The notes: a model not told the origin generated them from the letters alone. Positions 39,894-52,000 are shown, counted from the first letter of the stretch. The stretch is DNA of 64,000 nt from Sulfurospirillum sp. (GCA_045047115.1 JASFYR010000009.1:103599-167598); one strand, 5' to 3'. Numbers and translations are program-made.

Positions 39894-41132
39894 ATGTTGA
39901 TGATAGTAAGTGCGTTATATACGCTGTATGCTTTGATAAGATTTTATGCAACTGTGATGGAGATAGGTTTTGTTGTTAAAGCCAAAAAAACAGAAGCTGT
40001 TATTTTGGGACCAGCCAATTTTATCAAAGCTGCGAATTATAAAATAGCAAATTCAAAAATGGAACTGGTAACCATATTGTATGATTTATTGCTTTTTATT
40101 TGGTGGTTGGGATATGGTTTAAATATGCTTGACACTCAGATAAGTACACAAAATGAGATACTTAGATCTGTTATCTATGTAGATGCCTTTATAGTTATAA
40201 ATTATCTTTTTTCACTTCCGTTTGATTTGTATAAAACTTTTTCACTTGATGAAGAGTATGGATTTTCAAATATTGATGTCAAAACATATGTGATAGATCA
40301 GATTAAGGCTGGAGCTTTGTTTTTTGTATTTGGTTCACTTATAATCGCCTTGATAGCATGGATAATGCTCAGTTTTACTGATTGGTGGATATGGGGGTTT
40401 GTTGCAGTCTTTATCATAATCTTGTTTGTAAATATGATATATCCGACTCTTATAGCTCCTATATTCAACAAATTTACTCCACTCCAAAACGAAGATTTAA
40501 GAGCCTCTATAGAAGAATTGTTACAAAAAGCAGGTCTTAAAAGCAGCGGAGTATTTAGCTTGGATGCAAGCAAAAGAGACAATAGATTAAATGCATATTT
40601 TGGTGGACTTGGCAAATCAAAAAGAGTTGTTTTGTTTGATACACTCATAGAAAAACTTGAAAAAAGAGAGCTTCTCGCAGTGCTGGGACACGAATTAGGA
40701 CATTTTAAACATAAAGATATAATCAAAAATATACTCTCAAGTGGCTTGATGCTTTTTATAATGTTTGCGATTTTTGGAAATCTTCCAAAAGATCTTTTCT
40801 TGGAACTTGGAGTTAGTAATAAAATCTATATGAATATTATTATGTTTTTGCTTTTCTCTCCGGTACTTTCATTTTTGTTTATGCCAATATTTGGAATGAT
40901 AAGTAGGAAAAATGAGTATGCGGCTGATGAGTATGGAAGTGAATGTGAAAGCAAAGAGGCTTTGAGCTCTGCACTGATGAAACTGGCAAATGAAAACAAA
41001 AGTTTTCCTCTGTCTCATCCACTGACTATCTTTTTCTATTTTACTCATCCTCCTTTGGTTGAGAGGCTAAGAAAGCTAGGTGTTGATATAAAATCTACGA
41101 TGGATTGTACAAAAGAAAAATGCCAAGCATAA
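39894..41132 (+). CDS. M48 (Ste24-like) membrane metalloprotease
   Basis: NAYFGG, HELGH, EYAAD, THPP; multiple TMs. Confidence 0.92.
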   Translation: MLMIVSALYTLYALIRFYATVMEIGFVVKAKKTEAVILGPANFIKAANYKIANSKMELVTILYDLLLFIWWLGYGLNMLDTQISTQNEILRSVIYVDAFIVINYLFSLPFDLYKTFSLDEEYGFSNIDVKTYVIDQIKAGALFFVFGSLIIALIAWIMLSFTDWWIWGFVAVFIIILFVNMIYPTLIAPIFNKFTPLQNEDLRASIEELLQKAGLKSSGVFSLDASKRDNRLNAYFGGLGKSKRVVLFDTLIEKLEKRELLAVLGHELGHFKHKDIIKNILSSGLMLFIMFAIFGNLPKDLFLELGVSNKIYMNIIMFLLFSPVLSFLFMPIFGMISRKNEYAADEYGSECESKEALSSALMKLANENKSFPLSHPLTIFFYFTHPPLVERLRKLGVDIKSTMDCTKEKCQA

Positions 41133-41935
41133 GGGAATTACTTGAGCATGGCTCCAATAAGCTGAGAGAGGTAACACAAAACCCTCAAAAAGAGGCCTTA
41201 AGGCTTCTTGCTTTCTCTTTGCAAGTTGAATGTTTATGGCTTATAAGTCATGATGATTTTATCGTAGATGAACCAAAAGATTTTTTAGAAAATATAGACA
41301 AGAGAGCAAATTTTTATCCACTAGAGTATATACTCAAAGAGACTTCATTTTACTCAAAAATGTTTTATACGGATGATAGAGTTTTGATACCAAGACCAGA
41401 GACAGAGATACTCATAGATAAAGTATTCTCCATATGTAGAGATATGAAAAAACCTATTATTGCAGAGGTGGGTGCGGGTAGCGGAATCATATCTGTTATG
41501 CTATCTACGCTTTTGCCCGATGTTAATATAATTGCAACAGATATAAGTCAAGATGCCCTTGAAGTGGCAAAGATAAATGCAAATAGACACAGAGTTGAAG
41601 ATAGAATAAGATTTGTACGGACAAATTTGTTAGAAGGCATAAATGAAAAGATAGATATTTTGGTTTCAAATCCGCCATATATCAAAGATGATGAAAAATT
41701 AGATAAAAATCTCTCTTATGAACCCGATTTGGCGCTTTTTGGTGGCAATAAAGGAGATGAGATATTAAGATGTTTAATTGATGAAGCGATCAAAAGAGAT
41801 GTAAAAGTTTTAGCTTGTGAAATGGGATATGACCAAAAAGAGAAGATAAATAATTACCTTAAAAACCATAATTTAAGTGCTGAATTTTACAAAGATTTGG
41901 CTGGAATTGACAGAGGGTTTGTACTAAACCCTTAG
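41120..41935 (+). CDS. prmC: Release factor glutamine methyltransferase
   Basis: VLIPRPETE, EVGAGSG, SNPPY, EMGYDQ. Confidence 0.93.
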   Translation: MPSIRELLEHGSNKLREVTQNPQKEALRLLAFSLQVECLWLISHDDFIVDEPKDFLENIDKRANFYPLEYILKETSFYSKMFYTDDRVLIPRPETEILIDKVFSICRDMKKPIIAEVGAGSGIISVMLSTLLPDVNIIATDISQDALEVAKINANRHRVEDRIRFVRTNLLEGINEKIDILVSNPPYIKDDEKLDKNLSYEPDLALFGGNKGDEILRCLIDEAIKRDVKVLACEMGYDQKEKINNYLKNHNLSAEFYKDLAGIDRGFVLNP

Positions 41936-43050
41936 TCCATCTGGTTTCGCATAAAAGTTGGAATATCAAGATAATCTTCTGCTCCTTCATATCCACCAAC
42001 TACTTTTTTCATTCTGCTTATTCTTTCACGCATATTTATTTGGTTCATATTTTCTTCCATTTTTTCAGGTTCTAGTTTTTTATCAAAGCCTGTTGCAACA
42101 ATTGTTACCTTTACTCTGTTGTCTTCCATTGTTTCATCAGTTGTAGTTCCAAAAATAACATCAGCATCTTCATCAGCACTATCATAAACTATACCCATAG
42201 CATCGCTGATTTCAGTGATAGGACAGTTTGGGTGAATATGAAAGTGAACTAAGACTCCAAGAGCTCCGTCTATGGACATATTGTCCAATAACGGCGATTC
42301 TATAGCGCTTTTTATGGCTTCTGCAGCTGAACCTTCACCACTGCTTTCCCCGACTCCCATAAGAGCCATTCCTCTATGGCTCATAACAGTTCTTACATCC
42401 GCAAAGTCCAGGTTTATATCACTTTGTCCGGATGAGAGTACAACCAAGCTCATTCCGCCGACTGCACGACTGAGAACATCGTCAACTATCTTAAAACTCT
42501 CTTTTATACCAAGATTTTTATCTACTATAGAGAGAAGTTTATCGTTTGGAATAACGACTATAGAGTCACTCTCTTTTTTGAGTTCGTTTAGTCCTATTTC
42601 AGCAAGTTTTGTTCTTTTTCTTCCCTCGAACCCAAATGGCTTTGTTATCACTGATACGGTTAATGCCCCAATCTCTTTTGCCGCTTGAGCAATGATAGGT
42701 GCAGCACCTGTTCCTGTTCCGCCTCCAAAACCTGAGGCTACAAAAACTATGTCCGCATTTTCAAGTGCACTTTTTATCTCTTCATAGCTCTCTAGTGCTG
42801 ATTCTTTGCCGATTTCCGGAAGCATACCGGCACCTAATCCTTTTGTCTTCTTTTCACCAAGTTGTATCTTTGTGGTTGCTTTTGAGTGGTCTAGTGCTTG
42901 AGCATCTGTGTTGGCAACTATGAGATCAATTCCGCTGACACCTTCGCTTATCATGTGGTTTACCATATTTCCACCACCACCACCAACTCCGATAACTTTT
43001 ATTTTTGCACCATATGTATATCTTGTCTCTTCAACGCTAAAGCCACTCAT
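41932..43050 (-). CDS. ftsZ: Cell division protein FtsZ
   Basis: GVGGGGGN, NTDAQAL, GGGTGTG, NLDFAD, C-terminal DIPTFMR. Confidence 0.98.
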   Translation of the reverse strand: MSGFSVEETRYTYGAKIKVIGVGGGGGNMVNHMISEGVSGIDLIVANTDAQALDHSKATTKIQLGEKKTKGLGAGMLPEIGKESALESYEEIKSALENADIVFVASGFGGGTGTGAAPIIAQAAKEIGALTVSVITKPFGFEGRKRTKLAEIGLNELKKESDSIVVIPNDKLLSIVDKNLGIKESFKIVDDVLSRAVGGMSLVVLSSGQSDINLDFADVRTVMSHRGMALMGVGESSGEGSAAEAIKSAIESPLLDNMSIDGALGVLVHFHIHPNCPITEISDAMGIVYDSADEDADVIFGTTTDETMEDNRVKVTIVATGFDKKLEPEKMEENMNQINMRERISRMKKVVGGYEGAEDYLDIPTFMRNQMD

Positions 43051-43063
43051 GCTTTTTCTCCTC

Positions 43064-44428
43064 TTAAAATAGTTGTGTTAAACGGTTCCATAAACTAGTA
43101 AAAAAACCATTTGTTTTACTGTTATCGTCCATAATAGCCAACTCGGCGAATTTATCTTTTGGACTCAATATTTCATCTTTTTTTGAAACCTTCTCTATGC
43201 CTTCTTCTATAAAAGTTTCTTCTAAATTTTTTTGTGCTTCTATGATTTCATTTTTATATCTTAACTTTTTATTAGAATCTATTTCATATGGAGTAAAGTG
43301 TCCTCCTCCATACAAAACGAGTCCTATCGCAGTAGAATAGCTAGGATCTCTTAGGGTCTCAAATAGTCCTTCCATCTCTTTTGGTTTTGCAACTCTGGCA
43401 GGAAGATTGTCAAAAACAGCTGTTGCTAAATCTCTTATTCCACCTATTTTCGTGAGTCCGCCGGTAAGTACAATTCCAGCTCCTATTTGATCTTTAAATC
43501 CGCTGTCTTCTAACATTTTTGCTAGAATCATCAGAGTCTCTTCGACTCTTGCATATATAACATTTGATACTATGTCCAAGGAGACTTCATGAGTAGAGCC
43601 ATCATCTCCTATTATAGGTAGTTCTATAAGTTCGCTTGAGTTATTATTTAATGCTCCGTAATTTATCTTGATTTTTGATGCAGAGCTTAAAGGTGTGTGT
43701 AGGGCCGTTGAGAGATCATTTGTTATATTGTTTGAGCCAATCCCTAAAAAGTCATTGTATCTAAGTGAATTGCCAGCGTGAATGATCATATTGCAAGTTG
43801 CTCCGCCGATATCTATTACAACGACTCCAAGCTCTTTTTCATCATCATTTACAACTGCAATCTCAGATGCATAACCACTCAGGACTATGTTGTCTATGTT
43901 TACACCTGCGAGTTTGACTGCCTTTTCCAGGTTGCTTAAAGAAGTTTTTTGCACAGTAATTATATGTACTTGCACCTCGAGTCTTGAGCCGTTCATCCCT
44001 AGAGGATCTTCTATAAATTCTTGGCCGTCTACTTTAAAATTATATGGAAGTATATGTAGTTTTTCATACTCGTTTGGTATGTTTGCGTTATGATCTGCCA
44101 TTTGCATGGCACGATTTATCTCTCTTATGCCTATATCGTGATTTGGAACATTTACAACGCCTACGCTTTCTACACTTTTGGTATATGCACCGGAAATTGA
44201 TACCACAACATTTTCATATTGAGTTCCAGCGACTCTCTTTGCATCGTTTAGGGCATTTTTAATTGAGCTTGAAGCAAGTTCAATATTTGTAATGATACCT
44301 TTTTTCAAACCTTGGGATTTTGCGATTCCTGCGCCAAGAACCTTGAGATCACCATCACTGTTTTTTTGAGCAATGATGGCACATATTTTAGTAGATCCAA
44401 TATCGATGCCGAGTATTGTTGTGTTCAA
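43064..44428 (-). CDS. ftsA: Cell division protein FtsA
   Basis: GIDIGSTKI, IDIGGAT, VLTGG, amphipathic C-terminus; upstream of ftsZ. Confidence 0.96.
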   Translation of the reverse strand: MNTTILGIDIGSTKICAIIAQKNSDGDLKVLGAGIAKSQGLKKGIITNIELASSSIKNALNDAKRVAGTQYENVVVSISGAYTKSVESVGVVNVPNHDIGIREINRAMQMADHNANIPNEYEKLHILPYNFKVDGQEFIEDPLGMNGSRLEVQVHIITVQKTSLSNLEKAVKLAGVNIDNIVLSGYASEIAVVNDDEKELGVVVIDIGGATCNMIIHAGNSLRYNDFLGIGSNNITNDLSTALHTPLSSASKIKINYGALNNNSSELIELPIIGDDGSTHEVSLDIVSNVIYARVEETLMILAKMLEDSGFKDQIGAGIVLTGGLTKIGGIRDLATAVFDNLPARVAKPKEMEGLFETLRDPSYSTAIGLVLYGGGHFTPYEIDSNKKLRYKNEIIEAQKNLEETFIEEGIEKVSKKDEILSPKDKFAELAIMDDNSKTNGFFTSLWNRLTQLF

Positions 44429-45889
44429 CTACTTTCCTTTATAGTATTGCTCTACGCTATATACTTTTCTAAGTTTTGCTAACAAGTTTCTGTTTAACTC
44501 ATTTTGTTTGTTTGAAACGACACTTTGAGTTATGATACTTTTATATAGGTTAAACTTATCGTTATTAAGCAATTTCTGTTCCAAGATTCTGTACATTGAA
44601 GCCTTGTTCCCAAATATTTTAAAGCCTTTTAGTGTGCTTTGATCAAAAACAAAGTTTATAAATTCAGAACTCTGTGCATCACTCAGTCCATCTATTTTTT
44701 TAACAGAGTCTCTGCTAACAAAACCCAGGTTTTGTCCGCTGAAGATATCTAGTCTTGCTTTTGCCTTTTTCTCGAGTGCTAACACTAACGCATGTTTTTT
44801 ATATTCTTTCAAAACTTTCAGTCTTGCTTCCTCAAAGCTCATAACTTTTGGCAGTACAACATTTGTAAGTTTTACTATCAGATATCCGTTTTCTCTTGGG
44901 ATTGGCTTGAGAACCTGACCTTTGTTTGCTGTTCTTAGCTTTATAACGGGGAAATTTTTATCCCCTTCATATACAGTCAGTTTTTTAGTAGTAGTTATTT
45001 CGCCTTTTTTAAGTTTAAGATATGCTTCCAATGCTCTTTTTTTGCTCTTTTTTAATTTATAATCGAGTACAACACTATTTTTTGCTTCGCTAAAGGGTAA
45101 AATCTTTCCATTTTTATCTTTATAATTATATTTCTTTCCTTCCCAGAATTTTTTCAACTCATTATCTTTTACCCACTCTTTGCCAAGTTCGACTTTTACA
45201 GTCTGTAGTTCGTATTTTTTTCTGGTCTTATAGCTGTTTTTCTTGGCCTCCCAGAATTTTTTCAGCCCATTTTCATCAATCTTTATATCTGCAGGATTGA
45301 GAGAAATAGTCGAGACTGTTAGTTTATCTTGCATAAAGAGTGATGATGTGAAGACTTCTATTTCTCTTTTGCTGGGCGGTAAATTTAATATTTTCTGTAA
45401 TTTGTTCAAAAGAAGCTCTTTTTTCAGCCCATTTTCATAGTCTTTTGCTCTAATGCCTTGGTTTTTCAAGAGTGAAAAATATCTATTTTTATTGAATACG
45501 CCATTAACTTGAAAACTTTTATCATTTATAAGTTTCTTTTCAATATCTGTTTTTAAAACACTAAATCCTAAATCATCAGCCAAATTTAAAAGCAGTGTTT
45601 CGTTTATGATATTTTGCATTACAACTTTTTCAAGACCCATTTTGTCTGCATCTTCTTTTGTCAGTTTTCCGCCCAGTTGCTGATTGTAATAGCTAAAAGT
45701 ATTAGAGTAGGCTTGTTGGAACTCAGAAACGCTTATGGCTCTATGCCCAACTTTAGCAACAGATGTGGCGCGATCACTATTCATATCATATGCTCCCCAT
45801 CCTACAAAACCGGCACCGATAAACGCAATTGTTGCAACCCAAATTGTTATAACCAGATACTTATTGTGTCTTTGCATCCAAGTAATCAT
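44429..45889 (-). CDS. SurA N-terminal domain / PpiD-like periplasmic chaperone
   Basis: MITWMQRHNKYLVITIW...GAGFVGWG membrane anchor, VAKVG; conserved position upstream of ftsA. Confidence 0.8.
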   Translation of the reverse strand: MITWMQRHNKYLVITIWVATIAFIGAGFVGWGAYDMNSDRATSVAKVGHRAISVSEFQQAYSNTFSYYNQQLGGKLTKEDADKMGLEKVVMQNIINETLLLNLADDLGFSVLKTDIEKKLINDKSFQVNGVFNKNRYFSLLKNQGIRAKDYENGLKKELLLNKLQKILNLPPSKREIEVFTSSLFMQDKLTVSTISLNPADIKIDENGLKKFWEAKKNSYKTRKKYELQTVKVELGKEWVKDNELKKFWEGKKYNYKDKNGKILPFSEAKNSVVLDYKLKKSKKRALEAYLKLKKGEITTTKKLTVYEGDKNFPVIKLRTANKGQVLKPIPRENGYLIVKLTNVVLPKVMSFEEARLKVLKEYKKHALVLALEKKAKARLDIFSGQNLGFVSRDSVKKIDGLSDAQSSEFINFVFDQSTLKGFKIFGNKASMYRILEQKLLNNDKFNLYKSIITQSVVSNKQNELNRNLLAKLRKVYSVEQYYKGK

Positions 45890-45980
45890 TCTTTTCCTTC
45901 GAGTGACACTCATGAGAGTGCCTAAAAATTTGATATAATTCTACCTTTAAAGTTATTAAATATCGCTAAGGATAAGAACT

Positions 45981-47267
45981 ATGAACAATAAAAGACTGAT
46001 GGAAGAGGATATAAAGTATATTTTCCATCCATGTACACAGATGAAAGACCATGAGAAGATACCTTTGATACCTATAAAAAAAGGGAAAGGTGCATATATA
46101 TATGATTTTGACGGAAATGTGTATCTTGATTGTATAAGCAGTTGGTGGGTAAATTTGTTTGGGCATAGTCATGAATATATAAACTTAAAAATAAAGGAGC
46201 AGATAGAGCAGCTAGAGCATGTGATTTTTGCCGGCTTTACTCACAAGCCAGCTATTGATTTGGCAAAAAGACTGGTCGCTATCACTCCAAAACCGTTGCA
46301 AAAGATATTTTTTGCTGACAACGGTTCCAGTGCGATAGAGATAGCGCTAAAGATGTCTTTTCAATACTTTAAAAACAGAGGCGAGAGTAGGGCCCTTTTT
46401 GTTTCACTTGAAAACTCATACCATGGTGAGACGATGGGTGCGTTGGCAGTCAGCGATACAGGCCTATATAAGGATATATACAAAGATATACTCCTAAAAA
46501 CGGTTCAGGCAAAATCTCCATCTTTGGTTTGCGAGGATGAAGCTTTGGAAGATATGAGGGCAGTTCTAAAAAAATATCAAGGCAGGGTTGCATCTGTTGT
46601 TATTGAACCGTTAGTTCAATGTGCAGGTAGCATGAAGATGTATAATCCTAGCTATATCACAAAATTAAGAGAGATTTGTGATGAGGCAGGAGTATTTTTG
46701 ATTGCAGACGAGATTGCAGTCGGATTTGGAAGAACAGGAAGTATGTTTGCGTGTGAGCAAGCCAGAATCAGTCCGGATTTTCTCTGTCTTTCAAAGGGGA
46801 TAACGGGAGGATACATGCCACTTTCAGCTGTGCTTTTTACACAAGATATTTATGATGCTTTTTATTGTGACTATTTTGAAGGAAAATCATTTTTGGATTC
46901 ACACTCATATACAGGTAATACTCTTGCATGCGCAGTGGCAAACGCGGTTTTGGATATATTTGAAAAAGAAAATATTATAGAAAAAAACAGAGAAAAGATA
47001 GAGTTGATAAAAACTCTTACAAAGCCTTTGGAAAAACTTCCAAATGTCAAAGAGGTGAGACAAAGAGGGATGATTTGTGCGATAGAGCTTCAAGGATATG
47101 ATTCTAAAGAGAGAATTGGACTTAGATTTTTTCAAGAAGCCTTGAAAGAGGGTATATACATAAGACCATTAGGAAATGTTATATATTTTATGCCCCCTTA
47201 TGTTATCACAAATGAGGAGATTAAAAAGATGGTGAGAGTTGTGGAAAAATTGTTACATATAGTGTAA
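45981..47267 (+). CDS. bioA: Adenosylmethionine--8-amino-7-oxononanoate transaminase
   Basis: FHPCTQMK, SSWWVN, YHGET, IADEIAVGFGRTG, SKGITGG, IRPLGN. Confidence 0.94.
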   Translation: MNNKRLMEEDIKYIFHPCTQMKDHEKIPLIPIKKGKGAYIYDFDGNVYLDCISSWWVNLFGHSHEYINLKIKEQIEQLEHVIFAGFTHKPAIDLAKRLVAITPKPLQKIFFADNGSSAIEIALKMSFQYFKNRGESRALFVSLENSYHGETMGALAVSDTGLYKDIYKDILLKTVQAKSPSLVCEDEALEDMRAVLKKYQGRVASVVIEPLVQCAGSMKMYNPSYITKLREICDEAGVFLIADEIAVGFGRTGSMFACEQARISPDFLCLSKGITGGYMPLSAVLFTQDIYDAFYCDYFEGKSFLDSHSYTGNTLACAVANAVLDIFEKENIIEKNREKIELIKTLTKPLEKLPNVKEVRQRGMICAIELQGYDSKERIGLRFFQEALKEGIYIRPLGNVIYFMPPYVITNEEIKKMVRVVEKLLHIV

Positions 47268-47813
47268 AATTTTACAGCTGTTTTCAAGCAGGGCTATTGT
47301 CTTGGCTATCTGTTGTAAGTCTCTGTCATACATATATATGCCATAGCCTCTGATAAGCATTATGTTTGTTGAATTTTTTTTCATATAGTTATATATCTCT
47401 ATTTCGGCTCTCTCATACCAGTCATCAAACTGTTTTGGGTCATAGACTAAAATCTCTTTGATGATTTTATATCCAAAATAATCAACAGGCTTTATACTTC
47501 GGTGATTCAAGGCATAAGAGGTTGCAAAAGGTGGCATAACATAGGCTATATACTTTGCTTCGCTTATGTTTTTATATATATTTAGATGTATATCTGCATC
47601 CAGGCTGGCTTCATTCCATCTATAATCTTTTTTTGTATAAAGTTTTATGAAATCTCTTTTTTCAAGATTATCAAAAATAGCATCTTTTTTATTTATAATG
47701 AATTGATTTTTTTCAACTCTAGCGGAAATGGAACCGTGAAATATGCCAAAAAAGTTTTTTCTAAACATAGAGAGAGCTATGCTTTTCATCTCATTTTTCA
47801 AATAATCATTCAC
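47253..47813 (-). CDS. Class II aldolase/adducin N-terminal domain protein
   Basis: GIFHGSISAR, ASLDADIH, MLIRGYG. Confidence 0.75.
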   Translation of the reverse strand: MNDYLKNEMKSIALSMFRKNFFGIFHGSISARVEKNQFIINKKDAIFDNLEKRDFIKLYTKKDYRWNEASLDADIHLNIYKNISEAKYIAYVMPPFATSYALNHRSIKPVDYFGYKIIKEILVYDPKQFDDWYERAEIEIYNYMKKNSTNIMLIRGYGIYMYDRDLQQIAKTIALLENSCKILHYM

Positions 47814-47876
47814 AATTTAGCCTTTATTTACCCATTCTTTGATATTATACCCAAAACTACTAAAAGGGTTAATAAA

Positions 47877-48788
47877 GTGAAAATTCCACATATTCCTGTT
47901 TTGTTAGAGGAAGTTAAGCATGCATTTAATGATATAGGAGATGGATATATTGTGGATTGTACTGTTGGATATGGTGGTCATAGTGAAGCGCTTTTAGAAC
48001 AAAATCCGAAAGTTAAACTCATCTGCTGTGATCAAGACAGAGTTGCTATAGATTTTAGTAAAAAAAGACTTCAAAAATATGAAGATAGAGTGATGTTCGA
48101 AAACGATAAGTTTTCAAATATCATAGGTAAATATCCGGATTATCCTATAAGAGGAATTTTGGCTGATATTGGAGTCTCTTCACTGCAATTGGATGATGAG
48201 AGCAGGGGTTTTGGCTTCAATAGTGAAATTCTTGATATGAGGATGGACAAAAACTCTCCTTTGAGTGCTTATGAGGTTGTAAATAATTATTCACAAGAGC
48301 AGTTGGAAAATATACTGAGAGATTATGGCGAAGTAAGAGAATTCAAAAGAGCCACCAGGATAATTTGCAGGGCAAGAGAAGACAAAGAGATTAAGAGTTC
48401 ACGCCAGTTGAGCGGGATTTTCAAAAAATTTCCATCAAAAAAAGGTATAAATCCTGCCACTTTGATATTTCAAGCGATTAGGATAGAGGTAAATGATGAG
48501 TTAGGAGAGTTAGCAGGGCTTTTTAAAGCGATTGAAAGTGCAAATTTAAGTAACTGTCTGATAGCTGTTATATCTTTTCACTCTTTGGAAGACAGAATTG
48601 TAAAAAGAGTTTTTAAAGAATTTGCAAAGAGTTGTATCTGTCCTGTTGGTGCTATGAAGTGTGAATGTGGCAATAACCACTCTTTAGGAAAAATTATAAC
48701 TAGAAAGCCAATCGTACCTGGTGCAGAAGAGATAAAGAAAAACCCAAGAAGCAGAAGTTCCAAAATGAGGTTGTTTAAAATCAAATGA
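47877..48788 (+). CDS. rsmH: 16S rRNA m4C1402 methyltransferase
   Basis: HIPVLL, DCTVGYGGHS, DIGVSS, LDMRMD, FQAIRIEVN, SFHSLED, NPRSRS; GTG start at 47877. Confidence 0.95.
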   Translation: MKIPHIPVLLEEVKHAFNDIGDGYIVDCTVGYGGHSEALLEQNPKVKLICCDQDRVAIDFSKKRLQKYEDRVMFENDKFSNIIGKYPDYPIRGILADIGVSSLQLDDESRGFGFNSEILDMRMDKNSPLSAYEVVNNYSQEQLENILRDYGEVREFKRATRIICRAREDKEIKSSRQLSGIFKKFPSKKGINPATLIFQAIRIEVNDELGELAGLFKAIESANLSNCLIAVISFHSLEDRIVKRVFKEFAKSCICPVGAMKCECGNNHSLGKIITRKPIVPGAEEIKKNPRSRSSKMRLFKIK

Positions 48789-49090
48789 ACAACAAAAGAA
48801 CTACAAAAAAAACCAGCGATAAAAATCAACTCTTAGATAAGATAGATGAAAGTATAAATGAAGAGAAAAATCTTGATTTTAAGCTGTTGGCTATTGTTTA
48901 TCTTAGTATTGTAGTAGGGTTGCTTATAATTTTGCCTAAAATTTATATAAAAAATGAGATTTATTACACAAGCAGACAGATAAGTAAGATTTCAAGCGAA
49001 TACTCTGTTTTAAAAGAAGAAAACAGATTTTTAAAACAAAAAGTAGAGTACATAAAATTTAAAAATCAAGTCTTAGATACGGTATTTTAA
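48785..49090 (+). CDS. FtsL-like small bitopic protein
   Basis: Single TM plus coiled coil, coupled directly after rsmH. Confidence 0.6.
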   Translation: MNNKRTTKKTSDKNQLLDKIDESINEEKNLDFKLLAIVYLSIVVGLLIILPKIYIKNEIYYTSRQISKISSEYSVLKEENRFLKQKVEYIKFKNQVLDTVF

Positions 49091-52000
49091 TGGTAAAACG
49101 ATTTATAACATTTGCAGTTGAAAAGTCTATACTTAATCATATTTTTCTTTTGTTTTTGATAGTTCTTGCATTTTTTTCTTATCAAAAAATTCCAAAAGAG
49201 ATTTTCCCTCCGTCAAATTTAGAAACTATATCCGTGACAGGTTTTTATGCCGGTGCGAGCCCCGATATATTGGATAAAACAGCAGTAAAGCCACTTGAAG
49301 ATGAACTAAGAAATCTAAATGATATGGACAGGATGGAGAGCAGTGTAAAGAACGGCTTTTTTAAAATACTCATATACCTAAGAGAAGGCTCAAATCAATC
49401 TGAAGTTCTTGATGATGTAAAAGATGTGATTTCCAGAGTAAAAAAAGATTTTCCAAGCGATATGAATGAACCTATTGCAAAAATCTTAAAGACATCATAT
49501 CCCTTGGCAACCATCGCTATAGCATCAAATCAGTCCAAAGAGAAGATGCTTAAAGTTGCAGATGAGTTAAAAACAAGGCTATCAAAGATAAAAAATCTAA
49601 GTGATGTAGCGATTAGAGGAGATACCAATAAAGAGTTATTGATTAAAATAGATGAAAACAAGCTAAATGCCTATCATTTGAGTGCAGATGAAGTTGCTTC
49701 AAAATTGAGCTCCATCAGTAGTATCTATCCGATAGGACTCATCAAGCAAAGAGGTGGACATCTTTTTGTCAGTACACTTTCGGGTGAAAAAAACATTCAA
49801 AAATTAAGAGATATGCCTTTGACATTTGGAGCTATAACTCTAAGACTTAAAGATATTGCAACAGCAAATTTTCAACTTGCAGACCCAAATGAAGTATCCC
49901 ATTTTAACGGCAAACCAAATATATCTGTAAATACTAACAAAGCTAAAGACGGAAACGCTATAACTTTAGTAAAAGATATAAAAAAAGTTCTTAAAAAATT
50001 TAAACAAAAATATAAAAATTATGATTTTGAAGTCTATACCGATACCTCTATATGGATAAGAAATCGTCTGAATACTGTCATCTCAAATATAATTTTTGGG
50101 CTTATACTAGTCTCGCTTTCAGTTTATATATTTATCAGTGGAAGAATTGCTTTTATAGTAGGACTTGGGATTCCAGTGAGCTTTTTTATCGGTTTGATAA
50201 CGATGAATTTGATGGGATATAGTTTAAATATGCTCTCTCTTCTGGGGGCTTTGATAGCACTTGGCATGTTAGTAGATGAAGCTATAGTTGTGGCTGAAAA
50301 TATATATAAACACCTTGAGTGCGGAGAGAGTCCGAAAACAGCAGCCATAAATGGAGCCAGTGAAATGTTCCCAGCAGTCCTGACAGCTACTGCTACGACT
50401 ATATTTGCATTTTTGCCTTTGCTTATCATGTCTGGGGATATGGGTGTATTTATGAGGGTTTTGCCTATAGTTATCTCTATATTACTTTTAAGTTCGCTCT
50501 TTGAAGCATTTTTCTTTTTGCCTCTACATGCAAAGGATTTTCTAAAGGCCAAAACAAAAACAAAGAAAAATGAGTCTTGGTGGAATGGCTGGAACAGGGT
50601 GTATAAATCTACACTCACTTTTTTGCTTAAGTATAGAAAGAGTTTTCTTGCTTTTTTTCTGATTTTTACTTTGGTCTCTACTGTGTATCTTTTTAAAAGG
50701 ACAAATTTTCAACTTTTTCCGGACTTTGACAATACACAGATATATATAAGCGGTAAAGTAAATATCAACTACAAACTTCAAGAGACACAAGAATTAGTGA
50801 CCAAAGTAGAGAAAGTATTATTGGCTAAACTGCCAAAAAGTGAAGTTTCTTCTATCACTTCTATATCAGGTTTTATGCTTGATGCCAAGTTTCAACCCCA
50901 TATGGCAGAGAATAACTTTCAGATTTTTATAAATCTTCACGAGCGAAAACCGAAAAATTTTTATAATAAATATATAAATCCATATCTCTCTCCCGCTTAT
51001 GATGACAGCGATATGAAGAGAGTAATGAGTGCGAGAGAGTTATTGGAAAAGATAAAAAAACTAACCCTGCAATTTGAAAAAAGTAAAAATTTTAATGAGT
51101 TCAAAGTGATAGTTCCGGGTGCTGGCATAGTCAAGAGTGATGTTGAGCTTGCATTTAGTGCAAAAGATGACAGCGTTATAGAAAATGCTCTGCATTTAGT
51201 AGAAAATAAAATGAAAAGCATAAAGGGCGTATTTAACATATATGATGATAAAGAAGCAGGAGTTAAAGAGGTGAAACTAAGAGTAAATGAGTATGGTCTG
51301 GTATTGGGTTTTAGCGAGAGATATATCGCTTCACTTCTGAGGCCATACTTCTTTGCTTCATATGTAAATAAAATGACATACGATAAAGAGCTTATAAATA
51401 TAGTCACACAAGATATAAATAAAGACAATAAAGAGGCTTTGGAGAATTTCTATGTCGATATTCCCGGGTCTTTAAAAAAGGTGCGACTCAGTGAAATAGT
51501 TGATTTTGAGTATAAAAACAGTGATGCAAATATATATAAAAATGATGGTGTCAGAGTTAGTACGATATATGCCTCTTTGCGCAAAAAAACGATAACATCA
51601 GCAAAGCTTTTGGAGAGGTTAAAGCCAATATTTGAAAAAATAAGAAACAAGGGTGTAAAGATAACGATAAAGGGTGAAGAAAAAGAGAACAGAAAGATAC
51701 AAAAAGAGATGGCAGAGGCGGGAGTTATTGCGGTTTTTTTAATTTTTATTGCTCTGGTTTGGATGTTTGACTCTATAACTTTGTGTTTTGTTGTTCTTTC
51801 AACCATACCGCTTTCTCTTTTAGGTGTGTTGGTAGGACATCTTATAATGGATATGAATCTTACTATGCCTTCGCTGTTGGGTATAGTTGGGCTTAGTGGA
51901 GTTGTTGTAAATGATGGAATTATTATGATAGATTCACTTAAGAAAGCAAAAAGCATGCAAGATATATTGGATTTTGCCACAAAAAGATTGAGACCTATTT

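Noticed and set aside
46890..46920. BioA FLDSHSY where FLHSHSY is more usual
   Set aside because: Single substitution with other catalytic motifs intact; significance cannot be judged from sequence alone.
47586..47876. 97-aa N-terminal extension of RsmH
   Set aside because: Antisense overlap with the aldolase-like gene; homology begins at GTG 47877.
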